Below the pieces are notes generated by a model. It was not told the DNA's origin and searched no databases. It saw only the letters and a list, made by a program, of their open reading frames with translations. Of a stretch of 64,000 nt of DNA, positions 19,692 through 29,168 are shown piece by piece. Made by a program: the position numbers and the translations under genes. This DNA comes from Candidatus Elulimicrobiales bacterium (lineage in GTDB: Bacteria > Patescibacteriota > Minisyncoccia > Phycocordibacterales > UBA5272). The stretch spans positions 193,606 to 257,605 of the forward strand of contig JAYFPW010000002.1 of assembly GCA_034927475.1 (NCBI GenBank), read 5' to 3'. Numbering within the stretch: position 1 is the stretch's first letter; every line of letters starts with the position of its first letter.

Positions 19692-21983
19692 TTAAATTTC
19701 ACAAGCTCCAGAAACACAAGCGAATTCTCTTGCGCCAGTGGTATTATCCACAAACTCATATTGGGAAAGTTTTGAAAAATCTATTTTACCGATAGCTTTA
19801 AGTCTTTTTTCATACTCTTCTTTAGTAATTTCTTCATAAGGAGCTAATTGATAAACATGATCTGTGCGAGGTAAAAATGTTAAACCTCCAACGAGATCCC
19901 AATTTTCATAAACAAAATTTCCAACCCCAATCCATTCTTCTGGGCCGACATAAATCGTCGCTGAAGGATTATGTTCTACAAAATGTTGTTTTAATCGTTT
20001 CCACTCTTTTAATAAATCTAACGCTGAAATATCTTCTTTAAAGATGGCTCCAGTAGGTGCTTTGACGGGAAACTCTAAAACAAAAGTTGTAGCATTAGTG
20101 GCAGACTGTCCAACTTCAGGAACACATGGCACACCTTGATCTCTAGCCATCTGTAATAATGGGTCCGTATTAGAAATGCGAACTCTACGAACAAAGTATG
20201 GCGCATACCAAGGATGCATTCCAGAACCGACACCTAATAACTGACTTGAATTGCCATGTGGTTTAACACAAGTGATAGCTGTAGACGGATTGATTTTAAA
20301 ACGCTTTGCAAATTTTTTATTAGTTTCAATTCCAACATTTCTTAAACTCTCTAAATTAGTATCATTACGAATAAGTTTATTATCATAATATCCAGTTAAA
20401 GAAACTCCTAAAAGTCTTTCTTCTTCACAATTTACTTTCCATTTTTTAGAAAGATAACCAAAATTTGTAAGTGTAGATTGATAGGTTCCAAGAATGGTAG
20501 CTATTTCCATTTTTCTACTGAGAGTTTTCATGGTGTCTTGTGGGCGAATCACAATACTAGTTAAATTACAAAATTGTTTTGATTTAAGGTAAATTTCTCC
20601 ACAAGGATTTAAACCAATTTGTTTTTCATTCTTTATAAATTCCCAACGGCGAGCTGGGACCTGTTTTTCTAAACCCCCACGATTGAAAAGTCCCCTTTCT
20701 CCAGATTTTGATTTCACTAAAGCTGTCCATTCTTCTAAGAATTCTTCAGCGCTAGGTTTTTCATTGAAAACAACAGAATTGTTCGCCATAGTTCTTTGAG
20801 ATTCAGTTAAATAAAACTGTCCCTTTTTTGCATCTCTCATTTCCAAATCATCTAATTCTGAAAGTGAAATCAGTGCACTTCGACGGACTCCACCAGCGAC
20901 AACAATTAAACCAATTTTACAAACAATATCGTGTAAGTCTAAATTTGATAAACGACGACCCTGTTTTGCTAAGATTTTTCGTCTTGAAAAATCCATAAGC
21001 TCAATTAACGGTTGAGGTCCGGAAGCTCTTCCTCCAGCCGTCTCTAAACGGGCTCCAGTTGGTCTAATTTGAGAGTAATCGAACTTTACATCTTTTCCAT
21101 TAAACCATGCTTCTAACCCGAAAATAAACGCATCTGCCCATCCTTCCTTGCTGTCTTCCACAATATAATTTACCGGCTTCTCCTTAAGCTGTTTTTTAAT
21201 TTGCGGAAATTGTTGTACATTTTCAGATTCTACCGAAAAACCAAGCCCGGCTCCACACATAGAAATATACATAATTTCTCCTAAATCTTGTGGGCAAGTT
21301 GGGGTGATGTAAGAGCAGTTATAAGCCCAAACATTTGAATTTCTACAAGCTTTTCCAGCAGACCAAAGAAGTCTCATTGAAGGACAAACATCTTGATTTA
21401 AAATAGCTTTGTAAACATCATCATATTCTTTCTTTGTTAACTTGTTTTCCAGATTTTCTCTCATGTAATCCATAAAACGATTCACAGTTTCTATCCAAGT
21501 TTCGCGACGTCCAAGATCTGGCATCCATCTTGAGTAAAATTGATAGAAAATAAATTCAGAATAAGGACTGGAAAAGAATTTACTACTTTCTTCAACTGCT
21601 TTTTTAGTAGCTTTAGATATTGGTTTTAAAGCGCGCATTTCTGAGCGATGACTTCGATAAAGAATGTATCTTTTTGCTGTGTCGGTAAAATTAGATTTCA
21701 TTAGTTCTTTTTCTACCAAATCTTGTATCATCTCCACAGAAGGTAAAAATTTACTCTTTTTATCTTTTTTGGCTAGACCATCTTGTATATTAAGTAAATT
21801 TTTAAAAACATTGGCCGCAATAAATTCAGCCATAAGCTCTCCACCTTCTTTGGAAGCTTCAAAAGCTTTTAAAACTGCTCCGGTTATTTTATTAAGATCA
21901 AATGGTACGACCTCCCCTGTTCTTTTTCTAATAAATTTGATTTTTATCAAATCATTTTTTGGGATATTTTTCTTTTTTTCCAT
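19692..21983 (-). CDS. nrdJ: Class II (adenosylcobalamin-dependent) ribonucleotide reductase with N-terminal ATP cone
   Basis: ATP cone (KRTG..VPFD..KI), YNCS, NPCGEI, CNLT, C-terminal CVSGAC. Confidence 0.92.
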   Translation of the reverse strand: MEKKKNIPKNDLIKIKFIRKRTGEVVPFDLNKITGAVLKAFEASKEGGELMAEFIAANVFKNLLNIQDGLAKKDKKSKFLPSVEMIQDLVEKELMKSNFTDTAKRYILYRSHRSEMRALKPISKATKKAVEESSKFFSSPYSEFIFYQFYSRWMPDLGRRETWIETVNRFMDYMRENLENKLTKKEYDDVYKAILNQDVCPSMRLLWSAGKACRNSNVWAYNCSYITPTCPQDLGEIMYISMCGAGLGFSVESENVQQFPQIKKQLKEKPVNYIVEDSKEGWADAFIFGLEAWFNGKDVKFDYSQIRPTGARLETAGGRASGPQPLIELMDFSRRKILAKQGRRLSNLDLHDIVCKIGLIVVAGGVRRSALISLSELDDLEMRDAKKGQFYLTESQRTMANNSVVFNEKPSAEEFLEEWTALVKSKSGERGLFNRGGLEKQVPARRWEFIKNEKQIGLNPCGEIYLKSKQFCNLTSIVIRPQDTMKTLSRKMEIATILGTYQSTLTNFGYLSKKWKVNCEEERLLGVSLTGYYDNKLIRNDTNLESLRNVGIETNKKFAKRFKINPSTAITCVKPHGNSSQLLGVGSGMHPWYAPYFVRRVRISNTDPLLQMARDQGVPCVPEVGQSATNATTFVLEFPVKAPTGAIFKEDISALDLLKEWKRLKQHFVEHNPSATIYVGPEEWIGVGNFVYENWDLVGGLTFLPRTDHVYQLAPYEEITKEEYEKRLKAIGKIDFSKLSQYEFVDNTTGAREFACVSGACEI

Positions 21984-22194
21984 ACTTTTACTATTTTTTA
22001 TTTAAATTATTAATTTTTTGTAATACAAAATAAAAAACCCAAAAGCACCCACTTGCTTTATAAGAAAATATTAACACATTAGACACTTGTATCATCAAGA
22101 AATTTGACAAGATTGTCTATCCGACATTTCTAGATAAAGAAAAACTTATCAACATATTTGACTTTAGGAAAAAATAATTATGAAATAGTAAATT

Positions 22195-23271
22195 TTAAAG
22201 AATTTTTGCAACTTTTACAGTGTGTTCAATTAAAGTATTTGCGTATCCAACCTCATTATCGTACCAAATAAGAATTTTTACTAGATTTCCATCAACAACT
22301 TTAGTCATTTGTAAATCTACAATACCTGCGTAACGTAATCCTAAAATATCGCTTGAGACTAAATCCTCATCACTTACTGCCAAAAGGTTTTTCCATCTTT
22401 CTTCTTTACTGGCATTGGTTAAAATTCTATTTATCTCTTCAGTACTTGTATTTCTTTTAGAGATAAAAGTTATATCTGCAATACTTCCGGAAATTGTTGG
22501 TACACGAATAGAAAGCCCATCAAATAAACCCTCTAATTTTGGATAGGCTTTAGTGAAAGCAATAGCTGCTCCTGTAGTAGACGGTATAATATTTTGCGCT
22601 GCAGCCCTTCCTTCTCTATAACCTTTTTTACTAGAGCCATCAATTAAAGCTTGTGAAGCTGTATAAGAGTGAACTGTATTTAAAATTGCTTTCTCAATAC
22701 CTATAGCTTCATCCAAAATAGCTATAGCTGGAGAACCGGCATTTGTAGTACAAGAAGCATTGCTAGTTATAACAGAATCTTTTAGTTTTTCTTCATTTAT
22801 TCCCATAAGCACCGTATCACTTTTTCTCATGCTGTTTTTTAAATCTTTTGCTGGGGCAGACAAAATAACTCTTTTTGCTCCAGATTCGATATGAAAGTGT
22901 GATTTATCTGCGCTCACAAAAGCTCCAGTACATTCAACGACGATTTCTACACCTAGAGAATTCCAAATTTTGTCTTGTATAAAAATATTTGGGTCTTTTT
23001 CACTTAAAAACCTAATCTCTTTTTTATTTCCATTTGGTAAAACTAAAACTAAATACTTTTCTTTTTCATTAATAATTTTAGCTTCTATATTTCTAAAACT
23101 TTTTTGCCTGTAAACAGTATCGTAATTTAGGAGATAAATCATATTATCCAAATCCCCCAAATCGTTAATAGCGACAATATCTATTTCTTTTAAAGCTTTT
23201 TCATCCATTAAAGCAAGCTTTAAAAAAGCTCTACCTATTCTACCAAAACCATTAATTGCGATTTTCCTCAT
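22195..23271 (-). CDS. gap: Glyceraldehyde-3-phosphate dehydrogenase
   Basis: INGFGRIGR, SNASCTTN, WYDNE. Confidence 0.97.
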   Translation of the reverse strand: MRKIAINGFGRIGRAFLKLALMDEKALKEIDIVAINDLGDLDNMIYLLNYDTVYRQKSFRNIEAKIINEKEKYLVLVLPNGNKKEIRFLSEKDPNIFIQDKIWNSLGVEIVVECTGAFVSADKSHFHIESGAKRVILSAPAKDLKNSMRKSDTVLMGINEEKLKDSVITSNASCTTNAGSPAIAILDEAIGIEKAILNTVHSYTASQALIDGSSKKGYREGRAAAQNIIPSTTGAAIAFTKAYPKLEGLFDGLSIRVPTISGSIADITFISKRNTSTEEINRILTNASKEERWKNLLAVSDEDLVSSDILGLRYAGIVDLQMTKVVDGNLVKILIWYDNEVGYANTLIEHTVKVAKIL

Positions 23272-23311
23272 AAGAAAATTATATCACAATAAAACTTTGA
23301 AATATTGGAAA

Positions 23312-24379
23312 TTATTCTAAAGGATCTTCTGCTAATGGAATTTTAGAAATAATTATAGAAGTATTTTTTCCTTCTTCGCTTTGAATAGAGAAATGCCAAT
23401 TATTTGCGTGAACTATACCTTTAACTATAGATAAACCTATTCCAGTACCAGAAAACTCTTCTTCAACATTTTTTCCCCTGTAAAATCTTTCGCTAATTTT
23501 TGGTAGTTCTTCTTTTTTAATTCCAATACCCGTATCAAAGACTTCTATTTTTAAATATTTTTTACCTAAATTTTTGTACTTGGAAAGAGAAATTTTAACT
23601 TCACCGGATTCTGTGTATTTAAAACTATTTGAAATTAGATTGTTGAAAATTCTCTTCAGGTGTGTCGGGCTGGCTTTGATGTGTTTATGAAGTTTTAACT
23701 CATTATCTATATGAAAAACCACATTTTCATTTTTATTATTTTCTAAAGTTTCGTAAGATTTTTGAATCAAATCAAGAATTTCTCCCACAGTAACATCTTC
23801 TGGTTTATTTTCTATATATTTTATTCTGGCTTCAAACAGCAAATCATCAATTAATGTTGTCATACCAGAAATCTCTTTTAAAATAATATTTGCCCCACCT
23901 TTAACGTCTGACAATAATTTTTTATCATTTTCATTTTTTTCTTCTTTTTCAGCTTTTTCTATTTTACTAGACATAATCTCTGCTCTCATATTCATAACCG
24001 ATAAAGGAGTTCTTAGTTCATGGGAAAGATTTGAAGCAAACTTTTTTTGGAGATTGGTCGTATATTCTATTGGCTCTAACATTTTTTTCACCAACCTATC
24101 AAATAAAATAATACTCACTATAAAAATTATAATATCAGAAACTATTAACAAAAATATTGTTTGGTCTCTCAAGTTTTGAAAAAGTTCATCCGCATTTATA
24201 TAATAAGAAATCTGTTCACTTTTAAAGACAGGAGAAATTTGATAAATAATATCTTGAGTTAAAAGACTATAAACTACAAAAGAGAAAGATCCTAAAATAA
24301 TAAATACAAAGATTGAAGCTATAAGATCTAGCTTTAATCTAGTTGAAGTAAAAAGATTTTGTTTAGAATTTTTTCTCAT
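23312..24379 (-). CDS. Sensor histidine kinase
   Basis: Two TM segments, SHELRTPL H-box, NLISNSFKY, DTGIG, GTGIGL. Confidence 0.95.
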   Translation of the reverse strand: MRKNSKQNLFTSTRLKLDLIASIFVFIILGSFSFVVYSLLTQDIIYQISPVFKSEQISYYINADELFQNLRDQTIFLLIVSDIIIFIVSIILFDRLVKKMLEPIEYTTNLQKKFASNLSHELRTPLSVMNMRAEIMSSKIEKAEKEEKNENDKKLLSDVKGGANIILKEISGMTTLIDDLLFEARIKYIENKPEDVTVGEILDLIQKSYETLENNKNENVVFHIDNELKLHKHIKASPTHLKRIFNNLISNSFKYTESGEVKISLSKYKNLGKKYLKIEVFDTGIGIKKEELPKISERFYRGKNVEEEFSGTGIGLSIVKGIVHANNWHFSIQSEEGKNTSIIISKIPLAEDPLE

Positions 24380-24380
24380 T

Positions 24381-25139
24381 TTAATTAAAGACTAATTTAT
24401 ACCCAACACCACGAACAGTCTCTACCTTTCCAGAGAAATTATTTTTAATAAGTTTATTGCGCAAATTATGTACATGCACATCCACAAAACGGCTACTTGG
24501 AGTTTCAGATTCTTTCCAAATTTTTTCTAAAATATTTTCTTTACTTACAGCTCCACCATTTTCCTCTAATAATATTTCAAATATATCAGCCTCTTTATTT
24601 GTAAGAGAAATTGTTTTTTCTTTACCTTCTTCTTTCTCAATTACAATTTCTCCAGTATTTGCATTAAAAGTAAATCTGGAGTCTTTATCAGCATGAAAGA
24701 CTTCTTTTTTGACAGTTGTACCTACAATATGAGTATTTGCGTTTTTAACTGGATTATTTTTTTGCAAATTTCTCCTATAAAGAGAATGAATTCTGGCTGT
24801 GAGCTCTTTTACGTTAAATGGTTTTACCATATAATCATCTGCTCCTGCAGCTAAGCCGAAAACTTTATCATCAACAGTATCTTTAGCTGTCAAAATAATT
24901 ATCCCGCTTTCTATTCCAAGATTTTTTATTTCTCTTAAAGTTTCAATTCCGTCTTTCATCGGCATCATTCTGTCCAAAATAATTACATCAAATTCTTCTC
25001 CTTCTTTTTGTAAATCTTTAACTTTAGAAAGAGCCTGAACGCCATTAAAAGCCACTTCCACATTAAAACCCTCTTCTTCTAAATAAAGTTGTATTCCTTC
25101 GTTTAATTTTACACTGTCTTCTACGACTAGTATTTTCAT
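24381..25139 (-). CDS. OmpR-family response regulator
   Basis: ILVVED, LDRMMP, GADDYMVKPF, winged-helix TVRGVGY. Confidence 0.95.
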   Translation of the reverse strand: MKILVVEDSVKLNEGIQLYLEEEGFNVEVAFNGVQALSKVKDLQKEGEEFDVIILDRMMPMKDGIETLREIKNLGIESGIIILTAKDTVDDKVFGLAAGADDYMVKPFNVKELTARIHSLYRRNLQKNNPVKNANTHIVGTTVKKEVFHADKDSRFTFNANTGEIVIEKEEGKEKTISLTNKEADIFEILLEENGGAVSKENILEKIWKESETPSSRFVDVHVHNLRNKLIKNNFSGKVETVRGVGYKLVFN

Positions 25140-25172
25140 ATAAAAGAATTATAGCAAATGTTAAGAAAACAG

Positions 25173-25206
25173 AAAAACCCGAAAATTAACAATTTCCGGG
25201 TCTTTT
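25173..25206 (-). terminator. Terminator of the 25210-25419 orphan
   Basis: CCCGAAAATT-aac-AATTTCCGGG with a T-run on the - strand. Confidence 0.65.
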
Positions 25207-25209
25207 AAT

Positions 25210-25419
25210 TTAATTCTTTTTAAAAGTCTCTATTAATCCCTTTACGAGTCTAGTATCCTCCTCATTAAGGATTCCATACTCTCGAGACAACTTTTCAAAC
25301 CTTTCTTTTTCTTCAAGTGAAAGATAGTCAGCTTCATATAATGGCCACATCTCTTCATCGATTTCTCTTCTTCTTTTCTCTAAAGCCTCTCTTTTTTTCA
25401 TAATTTCCTCGTAAGTCAT
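25210..25419 (-). CDS. Orphan charged coiled-coil protein, 69 aa
   Basis: MTYEEIMKKREALEKRRREIDEE...; TTGACA (25481-25476), 16 nt, TATCCT (25459-25454) upstream. Confidence 0.65.
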   Translation of the reverse strand: MTYEEIMKKREALEKRRREIDEEMWPLYEADYLSLEEKERFEKLSREYGILNEEDTRLVKGLIETFKKN

Positions 25420-25487
25420 TTCTTGAAATTTTAAAATTGTAAATACTAACACTAGGATAACAAATATTTTTAATTTGTCAAATATAT

Positions 25488-26462
25488 CTAATCTTCGTCG
25501 TCTGTTCCAAATTCTCCTTTAAAATTTTGAAGCGCTTCTACGATAACCCCCATTTCTCCAGACATAATTTTGGAAATTCCATGCCAAGATTCTTTGATTC
25601 TATGATCTGTAATTCTATCTTGTGGAAAATTATAGGTTCTAATTTTTTCACTTCTATCCCCTGTTCCCACTTGCTCTCTTTTAGCATCACTATTTTCTCT
25701 TGAGAATTTTTCTTCTTCCATTTGATCTAGTCTGGCTTGAAGCATTTCCATTGCTCTTTCTCTATTTTTAAGCTGACTTCTTTCTACAGTACATTTAACA
25801 GCGATACCAGTTGGTTTATGAATAAGTCTAACAGCAGTTTCAACTTTATTTACATTTTGTCCTCCAGCTCCACCACTTCTAGAAGTTTCCATTTCTATAT
25901 CAGCTGGATTAATTGTAATTTTTTTAATTTTACGAATTGGCATAACTGCGACAGTCACAGTTGAAGTATGTACTCTTCCATTTTTTTCTGTATCCGGAAC
26001 TCTTTGTACTCTATGCACTCCCATTTCATATTTAAAATTATCCCAAGCACTACCTCCTTTTATTTCAAAAGACACATCTTTGTATCCACCAACATCTGAA
26101 ACAGATTCATCTAATTTTTCAAATGAACATCTATTATTCAAAGCAAAGTTTTGATACATATTTGCGAGTTCTGCTGCAAATAAAGAAGACTCATCCCCGC
26201 CAGCTCCAGCAGCAATTTCCAAAATCATAGACTTTGGTTTCTCTTCTTCCTCTTTATCTTTATCTAAAATCTCTGTCATTTCTTTCCAAAGTTTTTCTTT
26301 TTCTACTTCAATATTTTTTAATTCTTCTTCAGCGATTTCTTTCATCTCTAAATCAGACAATAAAGAATTAGCCCCTTCTTCTTTTTTTAAGAGATCTTCA
26401 TAAGACGGAAAAATATATTTAGTCTTTTCATTTTCTTTAAAATCTTCTGCTGAATATGTCAT
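25488..26462 (-). CDS. prfA: Peptide chain release factor 1 (short N-terminus)
   Basis: [11 protein letters not shown] (PxT), [14 protein letters not shown]. Confidence 0.95.
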   Translation of the reverse strand: MTYSAEDFKENEKTKYIFPSYEDLLKKEEGANSLLSDLEMKEIAEEELKNIEVEKEKLWKEMTEILDKDKEEEEKPKSMILEIAAGAGGDESSLFAAELANMYQNFALNNRCSFEKLDESVSDVGGYKDVSFEIKGGSAWDNFKYEMGVHRVQRVPDTEKNGRVHTSTVTVAVMPIRKIKKITINPADIEMETSRSGGAGGQNVNKVETAVRLIHKPTGIAVKCTVERSQLKNRERAMEMLQARLDQMEEEKFSRENSDAKREQVGTGDRSEKIRTYNFPQDRITDHRIKESWHGISKIMSGEMGVIVEALQNFKGEFGTDDED

Positions 26463-26539
26463 AGTTTTATCTTTTAATTATATCTTAATATACAAAATAA
26501 AAACACCCGCTAAAATAACGAATGTTTTTATCAAAAAAG

Positions 26540-26773
26540 TTAAGCTTTTTTAGAAGTAGCTTTCTTAGCTGAAGCGGCTGCAACTTTTTTCTTAAATCTA
26601 TCAACTCTTCCGGCTGTGTCCAAAACTTTTTCTTGTCCAGTATAAAAAGGATGACAAGCAGAGCAGATTTCAATTTCTTGTTCTTTTTGTGTAGACCCAA
26701 CAATATACTTTGCACCACAAGCGCAAGTAATTACAGCGTCATCAAAATATTCTCCATGAATGTCTTTTTTCAT
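26540..26773 (-). CDS. rpmE: 50S ribosomal protein L31 (Zn-ribbon form)
   Basis: MKKDIH, CACG, CSACHPFYTG, GRVDRF; start ATG 26773. Confidence 0.97.
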   Translation of the reverse strand: MKKDIHGEYFDDAVITCACGAKYIVGSTQKEQEIEICSACHPFYTGQEKVLDTAGRVDRFKKKVAAASAKKATSKKA

Positions 26774-26828
26774 AATTTTAGTATTTCGTAAGTCCTCAAA
26801 TATTATCACAAAATCAAGGATAAATCAA

Positions 26829-27947
26829 CTATATCCTAAACTCTATAACATCTCCATCTTTAACTATATACTCTTTTCCTTCGGTACGAACCAGACCCTT
26901 CTCACGAGCGACTTTATAGCCATTGGATTCTAGCAAATCTTTACTAGCGACAACTTCGGCGCGAATAAATTTATTTTGAAAATCTGTATGAATCGCTGCT
27001 GCTGCAACTGGGGCAGTAGAGCCTTTTTTAAAAGTCCAACCACGTGTCTCATCTTCCCCTGTTGTAAAATAGGTTTCTAGTCCAAGCATTTTATAACTTT
27101 CAGAAATTAAATTATGAATTCCATCATCACAAATTCCGCCACCTGAAATTTCTTGCCTCATCACCTCTTTCTCTTCTCCTTCAAAATCTTTCAAATCATC
27201 TTCCACTTTGGCATCTATTAAACAATAATTATAATCATTTTCTTTAAAATAGTTAAGAAGCTCTTCCCAACGAGAATCTTTTATTTCGTCTAAATTTTTA
27301 GCACCGCATTTTTTATTTAATCCATAAAGAATTGGCTTCATGGTAATAAGATGTAATTCTTTAATTAATTTCATCTCTTCTTCATCTAAAGCTTTTTCTG
27401 AAATTAACCTATTAGCCAATTTATCTTCTTCTAAATATTTTTTCACTTTTAATATGGCGCCTTTAAATTTTATAGCTTCTTTGTCGCCTTTTTTCACATC
27501 TCTTTCAATAGTTTCTAATCTTTTATTTACTGTCGCTAAATCAGCTAAAATTAATTCCAAATTAATTATTTGAATATCTAAAAGTGGATCGATTCTATTT
27601 TCTACGTGAATTTGTTTATCGTCTTCAAAAATTCGAACTACTTCCAAAATCGCATCTGTGTCACGAATATGTTGCAAAAATTTATTTCCAAGTCCAGCAC
27701 CTTCACTAGCTCCTTTTACAAGTCCAGCGATATCTACAAATTCTACTACTGCTGGAATAGTTTTTTTAGACTTACTCATTGCTGAAAGTTTGTAAAGTCT
27801 ATTATCACTAACTTCTACAATTCCAACAGATGGATCAATGGTACAAAATGGATAGTTTTCAGCAGGCACACTATTTTTTGTGAGCGCGTTAAAAAGTGTA
27901 CTTTTACCAACATTTGGTAATCCAACTATTCCGATACTTAGTGACAT
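26829..27947 (-). CDS. ychF: Ribosome-binding ATPase YchF
   Basis: GIVGLPNVGKST, NYPFCTIDP, DIAGLV, EGKEYIVKDGD. Confidence 0.97.
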   Translation of the reverse strand: MSLSIGIVGLPNVGKSTLFNALTKNSVPAENYPFCTIDPSVGIVEVSDNRLYKLSAMSKSKKTIPAVVEFVDIAGLVKGASEGAGLGNKFLQHIRDTDAILEVVRIFEDDKQIHVENRIDPLLDIQIINLELILADLATVNKRLETIERDVKKGDKEAIKFKGAILKVKKYLEEDKLANRLISEKALDEEEMKLIKELHLITMKPILYGLNKKCGAKNLDEIKDSRWEELLNYFKENDYNYCLIDAKVEDDLKDFEGEEKEVMRQEISGGGICDDGIHNLISESYKMLGLETYFTTGEDETRGWTFKKGSTAPVAAAAIHTDFQNKFIRAEVVASKDLLESNGYKVAREKGLVRTEGKEYIVKDGDVIEFRI

Positions 27948-28030
27948 AATTTTGTATGATTAAAAAGAAATTGTTTTTTTGAAGTTTCGCTTGCGGGGCT
28001 CACGAGAAAAAATAATTTCTTTTGAAATAT

Positions 28031-28288
28031 TTATCTCTGAACTGTTTTTTGAACACCAGCTTTAGCAGCTGCTTCCTGAAGCTCGTTCTGATATTTTTTC
28101 ATCACTTCAAAAGAAGCGTACATTTCTGGTTTGCCTTGTTTTACTAACTCTTTAGTTTCTTTAGCTATCTTCTCAAAAAGCTCTGGATCTTGTTCTACAA
28201 GACTGTTAATCATTTCTTTTTGGTCTTCTGGTAATTTACGAGTTGCGTATTTTGTTGCTTGTTTTGTAAAAAATTGTTTAATTCCCAT
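28031..28288 (-). CDS. Small helical hypothetical protein
   Basis: 85-aa ORF with typical codon usage and TATAAT upstream. Confidence 0.7.
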   Translation of the reverse strand: MGIKQFFTKQATKYATRKLPEDQKEMINSLVEQDPELFEKIAKETKELVKQGKPEMYASFEVMKKYQNELQEAAAKAGVQKTVQR

Positions 28289-28384
28289 ATATTTTTTATC
28301 TATTATACAAAATAAAAACCGTTTTGAAAATCTATCTAAAAAATAGAATATTACGGCTTTTAGTTGATTTATTTTTTTATTTTA

Positions 28385-29101
28385 CTAATTAATTGGAGAC
28401 ACATTTAATCTTTCTAGTTCCTGTTCTATTCTGTTCTGAATATCTTCTGCAGAAAGGCTCAAATTTGTCATTTCTAGACCGTTCATAAAGACAAATGGTG
28501 TGTGAGTTAATCCAAGCTTTTTAGCTTCTGTAAGTGAATCGTTCACTATTTTTTGCACTTCACCACTATCTCTGTCAGAGATAAATTTCGCCATATCTAA
28601 ACCAATATCTCTAGCATAGCCTTCAATCTTACTTTTAGCATCTAAAACATTTCCCCAGTCACTTTGTTTTTCAAATAAAATATCATGCATTTCCCAAAAC
28701 TTTCCCTGATTACCAGCAGCTTCGGCTGAATATCCAGCAAGTAAAGCGTTTGGATGAATAGAGGTTAGAGGAAAATATTTATAAACTAAAGATAAAGATG
28801 TTGGTCCATATTTTTCTATAATATTTTTATATACTTCTGGAAAAACTATACCGAAACCAGCACAAGCTGGACATTGGAAATCTGAATAAGCTACAATTTT
28901 AACTTTTGAATCTGGGTCACCCATTGTTGTTTGATTATTTGCTACCTTATCCACAACCTCAGTATTATTTTTGTTCTTTTGACTAATAAAATAGTTTAGT
29001 CCAAAAAGGATAACAATTATTGCTAAAATACTTCCGATAACAACAACTGCATTATTTTTCTTTTTTCCACCTTTGGAAGAATGTGTGATTACATTTGACA
29101 T
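28385..29101 (-). CDS. DsbA family oxidoreductase, membrane-anchored
   Basis: YSDFQCPAC, FPL..IHPNA, QGKFWEMHD, TP. Confidence 0.93.
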   Translation of the reverse strand: MSNVITHSSKGGKKKNNAVVVIGSILAIIVILFGLNYFISQKNKNNTEVVDKVANNQTTMGDPDSKVKIVAYSDFQCPACAGFGIVFPEVYKNIIEKYGPTSLSLVYKYFPLTSIHPNALLAGYSAEAAGNQGKFWEMHDILFEKQSDWGNVLDAKSKIEGYARDIGLDMAKFISDRDSGEVQKIVNDSLTEAKKLGLTHTPFVFMNGLEMTNLSLSAEDIQNRIEQELERLNVSPIN

Positions 29102-29168
29102 ATTATTTTATAATTATTAATTATAAAAAGATTATAACATACGCATTCACTAATACGTAAAATATCAA

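Noticed and set aside
21984-22194. Cobalamin riboswitch or NrdR boxes upstream of nrdJ
   Set aside because: Region is short and AT-rich with no B12 box; only weak partial palindromes that do not match the NrdR consensus.
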